From: Macrostomum hystrix
Lineage: Eukaryota; Animalia; Platyhelminthes
NCBI GenBank assembly: GCA_950097015.1
Contig: CATNEN010000001.1
Span: forward strand, 24,614,001-24,678,000
Reading direction: 5' to 3'
Length of the DNA stretch: 64,000 nucleotides
Position numbers and translations under genes: made by a program. The notes under the pieces are model-generated. The model was not told the origin of the DNA, made no database searches, and saw only the letters and a list, made by a program, of their open reading frames with translations. Position 1 is the stretch's first letter. The number at the start of each line of letters is the position of its first letter. Positions 35,424 through 47,768 of the stretch are shown here, in pieces.

Positions 35424-36271
35424 AATTCTTGGTTCTCCACGGATTCCATGCTGGCATCGTCCTCGTCATCCATCGGCTGTGGCGACTGCTGCGACGGCTG
35501 CGGCTGTGGCTGCTGGTACAGAGGCTGCTGCTGTGTCGGCTGTTGCTGCGATGGCTGGGGCTGCTGCTGCTGCTGCGACGGCTGCGACTGTGGCTGCTGG
35601 TACAAAGGCTGCTGTGGCTGCTGTTGCTGCGATGGCTGGGGCTGTTGCTGCGACGGCTGCGGCTGTAGCTGTTGTTGAAAGTCAGTTCGATATCGGTACT
35701 GAATCGGTACCCTTTGCGCCTTTGGAGCTATTGGACGACCTTTAGGCTGTGGCTGCGGCTGAGGAACCGGCTTTGGGGCTATTGGCCGCTGTCCGGCCAT
35801 ACGTCGGCCCGGCTCCTGGCTCGGCGCAGCAATGACTTTGGTGGATCTAGCTCCTTCCATTCGTCCATCCTGAGCAGCTTCCGCTTCTGCCACCGGCGCA
35901 ATCGCCTGCTGCCGGAGTAGATTTACTCTCGTGGTAGCATCGAGGAACACTGGCAGTCTTGAACTGGGCAGCTTTCTCTTACTGGCGACTCCTTCCTGTA
36001 CCGATGTGGCAGCTCGCTTCTGGCTGTTTGCCCTCGACTGCTGGCCAACCATAGACGGTTGCGTCCTCTGCCGCAATGGCGCCTCGAGTTCTTCCGACTC
36101 ATCGATAATTGCTTGAACAATATCTACTTCGCCATCTCCGGCTTCCTTATTCTTAGTCTGCTCTGCTCTGTCAGGTTCGACATTCTCGCTGTCCGAAAAA
36201 TCCACGGTAACAGCTTCTAATAGCTTCTCGAATTCACTTACGCTCATGGCGGCTTCTTTATCTTGTTCCAT
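35424..36271 (-). CDS. N-terminal part (acidic, then Q/P-rich repeats) of a ~396-aa ORF downstream of Gypsy pol, split by the LINE
   Basis: ATG at 36271 (MEQDKEAAMS...); continues in frame into 31223-30881 once the LINE is removed (848+343 = 1191 nt). Confidence 0.75.
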
Positions 36272-36346
36272 TGCGGACTTGCTCTCTTTGTCAGTATGAC
36301 TTCTCTCTCTCTCTCTGTATGTTTGTTTGCCTTCCCAGGGCACTGG

Positions 36347-36430
36347 TTTATATAGGCGTGAGGCTGACGCGCATCATTGTGTCTCAGATTTCATTGGGCT
36401 ATACTGGCTTATTCTTAATCCTATTGGATC
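36347..36430 (-). promoter_or_regulatory. Putative Pol II promoter for the split ORF
   Basis: TATATAAA at 36354-36347 (minus) with CCAAT motifs near 36395 and 36425, ~80 nt upstream of the ATG. Confidence 0.5.
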
Positions 36431-36546
36431 CCTACTTGATTTCAATTAACCCCTACCTAATTGACTGGAAGTGGCTAACCCCTGCTCCCTTTCTATCCCT
36501 TGCACGTGGTTTCCTTGTGTTACTATTGCGTCACCCCAATCTCTGC

Positions 36547-37750
36547 CTAGATCTGTAAATTCCCAAGTATACTGAACATGGTGGCAAGCCTCTGCAAATA
36601 GCCTTCAAACCTCGCGGGGGGTCTGATTTGTCTGCGCGGACGGCTTGTCACTCCTTCCCTTTCTTCAATCTGTGCAATGTACATGCCTCCTTCTGAGGTG
36701 GCTGTTGCCAGACCCTCAGCTGTCCCTTCGCTTTCGCTCTCCTCTTCACTGCTCGTAGCCTCAGGCTCGGTGTGTGATTCATCCTCCACTTCTATCTCAG
36801 CTCCTAGTTCCAAATCTTCTCCATTAATTTCACTTGGGTTTCTCTAAAATGACATTGCCATTCTAATCTGTCTTCTTCCTCTTCGGATTCATCTTCCTCT
36901 GTTAGAACAAATCTTCCCTTCTCCTTCGGCTGGCTTCCCCTAACTTTGACCTCTGTCTTCTTAGCTTTCTTCTCTGGTGCGGCCTGGCTTCCCCTAATTA
37001 ATTCCTCTTGGGTCGAATTAGGCACAATAGTTATGTTGTCTCTATGGACAATCATGACATTGCCCACTAGTTGTCCTTGCTCCTCCTTTTGCACACGAAA
37101 CACTACATCTGAGATTTGCTCTATTACTCTGAAGGCTGATCTCTTTTTCCTATGAAATTTGTGAGATTCCTCACTGTCCAACTGTGGATTATTAATCAAC
37201 ACAAGACTTCCAACTGGGACTGTCTTAGGCAATTTGCTGTTTTTCGCAGACTCTTGTCTGTTACTGACAACCTTCTCCAATTTTCTTTTGACAATGTCTC
37301 TCGCAATCTTCAATCGTGCGGCATGTTCTGTCACATAAGATGGATAACTGGCGAATGACTTTGGTTGGCTGATTTGACTGTCCATAGGCAATACTGCTTC
37401 CCGTCCAAATAACAGGTAGTGGGGAGTAAAGCCTGTGGTTTTGTTCACACTAGTGCGGACAGCAACTAATGCAGCTGGGATCATAAGGTCCCAATCACTG
37501 TGATCTTTCTCAATGAGACAGGTTACTATTGATTTAATTTGCTTGTTAAATCTCTCCACCAATCCATTGCTTTGGGCATGGTAGGGTGTTGTAAACGTAT
37601 GCTTCACGTTATACATTTCGCAAAAAGCTTTGAACTGCTTGCTAGCGAATGCCTTGCCATTGTCTGTGTGTAACCACTGACATTGCCCATACTCTGCGAA
37701 GATTCTTTCCTGTAAGATTTTGATCACAGTATCTGACTTTTGATTTCTAG
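36547..37750 (-). pseudogene. pol: Gypsy integrase C-terminal half (element 2), with a frameshift near 36810
   Basis: [37 protein letters not shown]; terminal RPRRQIRPPARF in a second frame. Joins FAFPTR at 44641 across copy C. Confidence 0.9.
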
Positions 37751-40700
37751 TTAGGTCGAAGTGCAGTCCGGAAAAATTGCCAACGAGGAGCGAAGCGAGC
37801 GAAGCGAGCGTAGCTCCTCGTTGGCAATTTTTCCGGACAAACGAGACCGATATAAGATTGCCCGGAGACTCCCCCAACGTAAAATCAACGTTTTAGAAAA
37901 TAAAATTGATGCACAATTAAAACCACTTGAGATGAAACCATGTGTGACCCCTCTATGGACGTAAAACATTTAGGGCTACAAGATGAGTGACGTGAAAGTT
38001 CCATAGCAACGCGTCTTGGTTGCCATGGCAACAAAAAAGTGACTTTTTTTAGACCCATCGAAATCTTGAATCTTAAAAAATAAGGATTCACAATATGGAG
38101 TCAAAAATTGATTGAACCCAACTTTTGGCGAATTTTTAGACCTTCAAGACACTGATTGGTTATTTTCCGCTAAATGCTTACCTTGATAGGTAATTCTGTA
38201 AAAGTGTGTTTTTTAAGTGTCAAAAAATGCACATTTTTTTTAACTTTCAACTGACGCAGCTCAAAGGTCGCGCGTCAGCGCGACCTTTGAGCTGCGTCAT
38301 TCTAACGATGGCACCTGGGACTCTTACATGACGCACGACTTTAACCAAGATACTCACTTTAACTGTACATTCGCACCTGTTAATTACATTCGAATATTCG
38401 ACGGGTAGGTATTCGAACCGAAATAAAGGAAATTCAACCTTGTTGCGAGGTTCTAAAAAGTACATGAATGCGGTCATTTAGGTAAGATCTACATGTTTAT
38501 AATACATTTTGAGCCGTTTCGTTCCACTGACTCTGAGCCATACACTGCTAAAGTCGATAAACGTGATTTAGGCTATTTTTATGCATTTTTCATGATACAA
38601 ATGTACAAAAAATAAGCAACGACGACATGCTAGGAAAATCAGACTTTTTAGGCAAGGTGCACAACTAAATTTCGCACAATTTGTATATCTTGAAATTTCG
38701 TCTTAGTTTATTGAAGTCGCTGCCGGTACAGAAATGTACTTTAACGACGGTACGGGGGGCTTGCATATCGAACATACTTTTTAGCCTGTAACTTTTGAAC
38801 GGATTACCGGAGCGCGACGCACTTGGTGTCATTGAACTACATTTTAGATGTACTTTAATTTGAATGTATGTTCGCTGTCATTGCACGATGCGTTGTACAC
38901 CTCAGGACAGGTCACGTGACTTGCTGGAAATGAAATAATGACTTTGTACCTATACTAAGGATAGGTGAAGCGTAAGAATGAGCCAAAATTTGTACTTATT
39001 AGAAACACCTAGATGACTACTGTCAGAAAAAATGATATTCACGTCTGTCAGTTGCAAAATTTTGTTATAATTGACTTTTAAAATCGAAAAACGTGATTTT
39101 GTGCAAAAACAACCCATATGAGCACACATAGGGTGAAAAATTTATTGATTTTCGCTATGAGGTTCTTAGCTTCCAAGAGCACTATTGTGCCCAGTAAACA
39201 CGTACAGATGACTGCTATCTTCGTTAGTGTGCGAAAATTCGTATTTTTACGCTAATAACATTTACCGAATTACGAGGTTCCGGTGTTATGCGTTTTTTTT
39301 GCTATATTTCACGCTGCCATTTATTAACGATGCTACGCCAGGCCTTCAGTGTGGTGTCAATAGTTAGCATTTAAAAAGTGCTTTAATTTGAGTGTATGTT
39401 CGCTGGCATTGCACGATGCGTTGTACACCTCAGGCCAGGTCACGTGACTTGCTGGAAATGAAATAATGACTTTGTACCTATACTAAGGATAGGTGAAGCA
39501 TAAGAATGACCCATATTAGTACTTATTAGAAACATCTAGATGACTACTCTCAGAAAAAGTGACATTCACGTCTGTCAGTTGCAAAAAAAATTTTAATTGA
39601 CTCTCAAAATCGGAAAACGTGATTTTGTGCAAAAACAACCCATTTGAGCACTACATAGGGCGGAAAATATATTAATTTTCGCTATGAGGTTCTTAGCTTC
39701 CAAGAGCACTATTGTGCCCAGTAAACACGTACAGATGACTGCCATCTTCGTTAGTGTGCGAAAATTCGTATTTTGACGCTATTAACATTTTACCGAATTA
39801 CGAGGTTCCGGTACTATGCGTTTTTGCTATATTTCACGCTGCCATTTATTAACGATGCTATGCCAGGCCTTCAGTGTGGTGTCAATAAATAGCATTTAGC
39901 AAGTGCTTTAAGATGACATCATGCGCATTGCGTTGCGTAAAAGTGTGGGTCCACAGTTTCGTAACAAGTTAAAATGACCTGATTTCGCAAAAATCTTTAA
40001 AAGAAAAAATACCAAATAGATAACTAAAAAGCCTTTTGAAACTGAATAAAAAATGCATATAAAAGTGCTATTTTGTAACGTAAAAAGTCTTGCGTCCTGC
40101 AAAAATCTTCTATGGTGACTTTTTGGAGCCGTGAAGTGTAAAAACGTGCGCATTTTTAAAGCTGCTGAACTTACTTTTTGAGGTATATTTTGAAAATAAG
40201 CATTTTATAAATTGTATAACAAAATTTAATTGAAGAAAGAAATAAGTTGCTTCAAAATCTGAATTAAAATAATTTTTAAATAATCAAATTGTACATTTCA
40301 GTCGTTCTGTTTCATATGGTTTCTACACGAAAATAAAATTCAAATCGGCTATGTTAACATAGCATTCGAAATTTTTGTCGTACGGCAAATTTGACATAAA
40401 AATTTCAAAGCAACTTAACCAAGCAATCACTATCTAAATCTGAATTTTTTTCAAGCCTTTAATCTGTAGCTATTATATTCGCTTTTTACTCTATATATTA
40501 GTATCCTACTACCTTATAAATACTTGTTTTACAATATATTGTGTTGTAGGGCTATTTACTAAAATCTCACAGCCGTCACCAGTTGTCGTAAAGCCCTTCT
40601 CTTTATTTTTATTCTTTATAAATTACTTATATTTATCCACTGCAAAAATGCTTATTTAAATGTCAACTTTCGTTATGTTTTAAAAATTTCCCTATTTATA

Positions 40701-42949
40701 GGGAAGTATAGGCCTAACACTTTAATATAAATTCAATTACTGTGGTAGCAAATCATAAGTGCCCGAGTGGTAAGACACTTACTTTTAACTGTATAGAATT
40801 ATTCTTTTAATACTTATTGATCACACCCAGTCTTTAAAGGCTCCAACTGATTGGAGGGTACCAGACAAACACAACATATTTATTTCTATCCAAAACTGGC
40901 CTTTTGCTATCGTCTCGATAATAAACTGCCCTCCAATACGTTTTATGTATTCCCATTGTTATTTCCTCTTTATAACAATTTTTATTCAAAGAACACATGC
41001 ATTCAGCAAATCTTATTCTTGAACTTGGGTTAAGCTCCCAAAAGTTAGTTTTTCTCCCTACAGCGCGCATATATTTATAGCAAAAATTGGGGGTGGGTAT
41101 GCATATTTAAACAAAAATTAAAGTGTAGTTAAACAACGGTGAACAACGGTAAAAATATATATTAAATTGGAAATCAGAATGATAAAATTCCTAGCCAAGT
41201 TTTCTAAGAAAGCCATAATAAGTGCTACTAATTATTAGTACTTACTCCAGTAGAAGAAATATCTGTCCTGACTCCTCACCGTTAATTAAACAAACCCGGT
41301 AGTTAGTCCTCGCCGGTCGTCTACGCCGGTTCGTCATATTGCATGACGGTTAGCAACACGCATATAAATAGCATTCGATTCGAGAAATATTCGAACAATC
41401 GACAGTTTCGGAATCGCCATCGAATGACCGCACAGCAAGTTCTGCTGGAGATAGGCCTAAGCAAAGCTAGGAAATGGTAGCGTAGTACGCGTAGCTAGAA
41501 CATCGGTAGACACTGGCATCAGCCATTCTTTTGCATCGCTGTAAGCGAGAAAACATCCAAAGCCGAGACCAACCAGTCGTACTAAGTTTGTCTTTGGCTC
41601 TTGACTCGGTTGATCAGGAGACCAGAGCAGATTCAGATTGTTGCAAGTAAGTCCCATCAAATACACGGACTCTTTGTTCATCACGACCAGTCGGCGACTG
41701 ACCACTGCGATGTCGACAACATTTTCTACTGGAATCTGAGAGTGCTCTTGAACTTCCAGTGTCTCCGAAGACAGGCACAAAAGTTTTGAGTTGCTACCGA
41801 GAATGAATATTTTGCTGGCACAGCCCGTTACTCACAAAGGGTGCTCAAATTGGAGTAAGCACACAGTGTGGAGCACTGAGCCAGCCAAATCTGTCACCAC
41901 TAGGTTTGAATCAAAAAACAACAAATAGAACTGCTGTTGTTTGTCGCTACAGTAACAAGACATCAGGTCAGATAGGTGTGACACTTCCCATTTGGCGATG
42001 TGGAGAGGCTCTCCGCTTGTAAATATATAAATATTTGTAGAAATTGATTTATTAGGCCTAGTCTAAATGTGTGCTAATTAGACAATAAAAACAATTGAAG
42101 TATGTAGCTAAATATTTTGAAAAGCCTACTCCTAACATTTACCAAACTAGTGTTTAGCATTAAGAAAGTATATTTGCCTGTTTAAATTGCACTTTTTGTT
42201 GTTGTGATTTGGAATCACATTTAAACAACAATTATAACACAGCTGTTTTAATAACAAAATGAATAATAAATAATACACAAATGAAGAAAAAAAATTTAAA
42301 CAATCCATTTTAGATTTAAAACTATAAATGATTATAATGTTAAAGTTAGAAGCATTATATTTCTATAGGGCCTATGCTTTGTTTTTATAATAATAATTGT
42401 TGTACTCGCGACTTCCCAGAGGGACGCCCCTAGGAGGGTCAGAGTACGCGGGCCCGTGCTGGCCTGCGTCAGGGCGCGAGTGTCCGCACGGGACCCTAAG
42501 TCTGGGGCGTCAGGACGCACCCAAGTGGCCGGCACACGCGTCGGGACGCTGTGATGTTGATCACCCTTCAGTGGGGCGTCAGGGCGCACAAGCTGGCGTC
42601 TGAGTACAGCGGGCGTACAGTACAGGGTGACCCCTGGCTGGCAACCTGGTCTAGTCCCCCTCCTTAGTCGGCGTCAGGACACACGGACGGTCCCCACTAC
42701 AGCCCCCGAAATGAAGGAGACAAGGCAGCGACTTACTTCTGGTTCACTCGCACTCGTGCGTGTAGTCAACTTCGTGCAGCGGACTTCTGATTGCGGCTGG
42801 CAGACTGGGTGGTCGATATTTATTAGTTATTATTTGTGCGTGGGGGACGGGTTATGGAAACAGTAGTCAGGCGTTGTAGAGCGTGAACACGCGCACGGGG
42901 CAGCCACCCGCCCCCGGCCGCGCCTTTATAGGACACGGCTCACCAAGGG

Positions 42950-42980
<31 letters not shown>

Positions 42981-44640
42981 ACCACCCCGGCCCAGCCACC
43001 CACCGGCCAATCACGGCGCAGCTGGGGGAGGGGCAGCCTGGGGCGAGGACCAAAAAGGGCGGCCCAGCCAACCAGCGCGCAGCCAACACAATGGCGGCTA
43101 AGCGGCTTACACCACTGAGCCTTTAACGCCAAAACAACAATGCCAAAAACAACTGCGAGTGCACTTGTTGCGCGGGGGGGCGAGTGCACTTGAGCAGTGC
43201 AAGCGCACGTGCACAACATAATATAGACAATATGATATTTAAGCTAACTATCTTTGTTTGTTCCTTTTTAAACAGCTATAGCAGTGTAATATGACAATAT
43301 AATATGGTGCCTAGAAAATGTAGTGTCCTAGTTGTGCCACTATCAGTAGGCCTAGGCCTATTTGATATCATTGGATGAGATGCCTAAGCAACAAGATAAG
43401 CAAAGGCACATTAGCAGATTTGTTATTGACAAAGTTAATAGGACTAGGTGTACAGGTGGATAGTAGCATGGCCAATATAGCATTGGGGCCTAGTCAGTAA
43501 AATTAGTAAAATTTTACACCACTTCACACCTCTTCAGATGCAATGCCAGGCCTACGGAGATCACGTTAGAAAACCTCTGGACTGATCCTGTTAAGGCCGC
43601 CACCTTCCTGAGACTACCGACGAGCGAGGTAGAGTGTGAGCGTCCCGAACTAGCCTAAAGGAAGGCTACAACATACAACACATTGCTAATCCGGGCTGCA
43701 TCTCGCTGCTTTTATATATTTTTTGTTAATTAAAAGTAAAGTACTTGTCTTCGTTCCTCGAACCCAGTTTCTGTTTAAGGCAGTGTTTTCACAGTGTACT
43801 CTTTGAGCACTCTTAAGTACTCGTACTCTGGTACTCTTTAAGGGCGTAGCAATAGAGTACTCTGGTATTCATTTAAAGTGCGTACTTTGAAGTGGGCGAG
43901 TACTTTTTAAAGTGCAACGCATTTCAGTCTGTCATCATCAATCCTAATTTTGTACTATATGAAAGTGTCAATAATCGCTGGTACATTAGTACATTCTCGC
44001 AACGTAAAATTAGTAGATTTATTATATGCATTTTAAAGATACGTTGCTTAGTAAATAACAGATATGTTATCAGTCCCATTAATTATACCCTACGTACAGA
44101 AGTAACACAACATAATATATATGGTAACGTGGCTTGATGGCACTGCTAATGTGTGTGTCTGCCCATTCGTGTTGTTGCATGTACAAAACAAGTGCTGTTT
44201 GGATAAATCTTTCCTTTAATTATGTTTTACGTTTTTTGACAGATGGGCATAGATAGATAGGTAGATAGATCTCATACTGTCTCTCTCACTCTCCGATTCT
44301 CCGCGCTCCCTCCCGCTGTTTTAATTTTGTTTATTTTGTTCCCTAATAAAAACATAAATTCACCCTCTCCCTCCATATGTGGGTCCCACATTCGGCTGTC
44401 AGTCAGTCAAGGAGATATTAGCGCTCATCAAGATTTTGATACAGGAGTCAATGATGCAGTAGTCTGCTCTATTAAAGTGCTTCAGTGAGTATCCTCAGTA
44501 CAAAGGCCGCTAAGTTTTGGAATATTTATTAAGTTTTTTGTTCATTTTATTGGGTGACATGATCAGAAGTAAAAAATAATTTCGAAATATTGAGCAATTA
44601 ATGCACTTCGACCTGCTAAGGTGGCACACCTTCAATCTAG
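37751..44640 (+). mobile_element. Helentron-like element, copy C, inserted in the Gypsy integrase
   Basis: Inverted near-identical copy of A; the empty site reconstructs the integrase sequence ...PFAFPTR|NQKSDTV... Confidence 0.85.
42398..43218 (-). mobile_element. Solo LTR inside copy C
   Basis: Reverse complement of 15919-16738. Confidence 0.78.
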
Positions 44641-47600
44641 TTGGGAATGCAAACGGATATCGAGTGGTGCTATCCACAATAGTTAGGACATACTTGTGCC
44701 CTCTTTTGCTCTCCTTGGATAGTGGTCCTATAAAATCGACATGCAGGCGGTGAAAAGGTTCACTTATAGGGAACGATTGCACTGGCGCCTGAATCGGGTT
44801 TCCTCTCTTGCTTTCCAGGCACGGAATACACTCTGCGATATGAGCTTCCACTGCTTTGACCAATCCTGGTCTCCAAAATCTCTGCCTGACACGTTGAATT
44901 GTTTTATCGCGTCCCAAATGTCCTGCTAGGGGGCTATCATGAAGATCGCTGAGAACTAGCTTATCCAAGGACTGGGGCAGTACAACTTTCCAACTGTCAT
45001 CTTCGCTAATGATTAGCATCTCATTCTCTACCTTCATATCCTCAAAGAATTTCCTCATCTTCTTCAATTCTGGGCTGACAATTTCAGGTAACTGGGGATT
45101 GTTCTCTCCTGATTTCTTCCATTCAATTAGCACTTTAATTACTGGGTCATCTCTTTGTGACGCAATAATTTGCTCTCGTTTCAATGGGCTGGGTAAGAAA
45201 TCGGTCAATAACTTCTCGCACTTGCTACTTGTTGCTTGCAGCATATCCTCACTCTCAATAGGATTAAATTCTTCAGGAACTGGACTCGGAAGCGGAATGC
45301 TGGAGTCATGTTCAAGTTCACTGGGAATTCTCACCTCTCCTTGTCCTGAGATAGTAGACTGGATCCTGCTATTGGGATCTAACGTCTTTTTCTCTCCTTC
45401 ACTTAGGGCAGTCTGGGGCTGTGTCAAGCTATATAAGCTATCATTAGCCTTGACTTCCTGTCCTGACTCTTCCATTACACTGCAGCTTTGCACTATCGGC
45501 TCAATAACTTGCTCTGCTTCAGGGACATCAGCTGGTCTTCTTGACAGACTGTCAGCGTTCTGGTTCTTTGCACCGCTTCTGTGTTCTATATCGAACGAGA
45601 ATTCGTTTAGGCGCTCGACCCACCGACCAAGAATTCCTTGAGCTTCTGTTTGCCTTAACAGCCAAATTATCGCCTTATGATCCGTTCTTGCCAAAAACTT
45701 CTTGCCTAACAGGTAGAAACGGAAATGCCTCATGGCATCCACTAGGGCTAAGAGTTCTTTTCTAGTGATAGGGTAGCGTTTTTCCGACTCTTTCATAGCT
45801 CGGCTGAAATAAGCTATAGGTCTCTCTATGCCATCTGATTGGATCTGGCTAAGTACAGCGCCAATACGGCTATCACTTGCATCGGTATCCAATACCATCT
45901 TCACCTTCTCGTCATCCACAAATTCGGGATACGCTAAGACTTCAGTGGACATCATCCGGTTCTTTAGCGACTCAAACGCTTCGTCATGCTCCTTGCTCCA
46001 TCTCTCTTGAAAGTTCTTAATTCCTTTCCTTGTTAGCTGGAAAAGGGGATGGGCAGCTTCTGCATAATTTTTAATGAAGCGGCTATAGTAATTACATAGG
46101 CCAAGGAAACTGCGTAGCTCCTTCACATCTTTTGGCTTCGGCCAGGTCTTGATTGCTTCAATCTTCGTCTCATCCGTACGGATACCTTCTGTACTGATCA
46201 CATGTCCTAAGTACTTTAACTCTCTATGAAAAAGGTTACATTTCTTTGGCCTTAGCTTCAATCCTGCGATTATTAATCTCTTGAACACTTCCTTTAGATG
46301 GGAAAGGTGGTCATTAAAGTTCTTCGAATAGGTAACTATGTCGTCTATATACGACATAGCAAATTGATGTTGAATCCCTAAAAGTACAAGATTCATGAGC
46401 CTCTGGAAGGTTCCTGGGGCATTGGACAAACCTTGCGCCATAACCTGGGGCATTGGACAAACCTTGCGCCATAACCTCATACTCAAACTGGCCTCGGGTT
46501 AAAGTAGAGAAGGCGGTCATGAACTTGTGTTCTTCCTTTATCGGCACCTGCCAATAACCAGAATTCAAATCGAGACTACTAAAGTACTGACTACCAGATA
46601 AATAGGTGAAAGTCTGATGAATGTTAGGAAGCGGATACGGAACATAGTTCACCTTCGAGTTTAACACTCTGAAATCACTTACAATCCGTATGGATCCGTC
46701 CTTTTTCGGCACAATGACTAGTGGTGTAGAATAAGTTGAATAACTGGGCCTGATTAAATTTTTAGCCAACATGTCATCCAACTGTGTGTCGACTTGCTTT
46801 TGGAGATGGGGTGGTATTCTCCTAGTTGGGATCCTCACGGGAGTCTCATCCTTCAGTGAGATCTCATGTGTGATCAGATGGGTTAAACCCATATCCAACT
46901 CATTCTGTGAAAAAGCCTCGCGATGCTCCTTCATCAATTCGATGACTGATTTCCTCTGGTCATCGGTAAGATCTTGACAAATATTAACTTCATTAATCCA
47001 GGCATCTTCCACAGTTTGTGTCTGGTTGACTCGTCCGGTAGGTTGACTGACTATTTCCTTTTCGGCTTCGAAATATTTCAACTCATTTGCCTTCACTGGT
47101 TTGGCTAGGCCTACCAATGTTGACTTCGACAGCTTCACCTCAACTGGATTGTTATTCACAATCTCCACAATGGCGGAACCTTCTCGCATTGTGACTAGAG
47201 TGGGAGCCATCTCGACTGTCAATTCTTTGGCTTTTACGCCTTCGCCAATCATACTCACTGTCATAGGTGTTCCAAAATTGCACTCGGCATCTCTCGCCAA
47301 TCTCACTGGGATTCTCAACGCACTATTTGCAGGAATCACTACTTTCTCCTGAGTATACACTCTGCATACTTTTACAGGTAGATGAGTGAACTGCATAGGA
47401 ATGCTTGCTCCTTCATTTAGAATCAACATGCCTTTAGCAAGATGAATGCTATCACAATGTCCTAGGAAAAATTCCATTCCTAAGATATTGTCGCTCTCAT
47501 GTCCACACAAAAGGAATTCTATTTCTATCTGAATGTCTCCGAATCTAACTGGAATACAACTCTCGCCTTCCAATTGTACTCTGGTTCCGTCGAAAGTAGA

Positions 47601-47768
47601 GACTCGCTTGTCTGTACTTCTTATCTGTTCTGGCTTAAGTAATTTTGACCAAATAGATTTGCTCAAAAAGCTGTTCCTAGCCCCTGTGTCTAGGATAAAA
47701 TTAATTTCCTGATTCTTAAATTTTCCTACAATTACAGCTTCAAATCCTTCAGGTTTAATAAGTTCTAG
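44641..47768 (-). pseudogene. pol: Gypsy pol fragment (PR-RT-RNase H-IN N-half), frameshifted by a 31-bp duplication
   Basis: ILDTGA, LDLNSGYWQ, YIDD, DTDASD, HLGRDKT...CIPC and HVDFIGP motifs; duplication at 46413-46474. Confidence 0.93.

Noticed and set aside
35414-36343. Q-rich ORF as ORF1 of the LINE
   Set aside because: The 14-bp TSD and the ribozyme place the LINE 5' end at 35423; the ORF is the interrupted target and continues at 31223.
42955-42981. Long poly-C tract distinguishing copy C
   Set aside because: The other copies read CCCCCCCCGCCCCACCCCCACCC; this is likely a homopolymer sequencing or consensus error.
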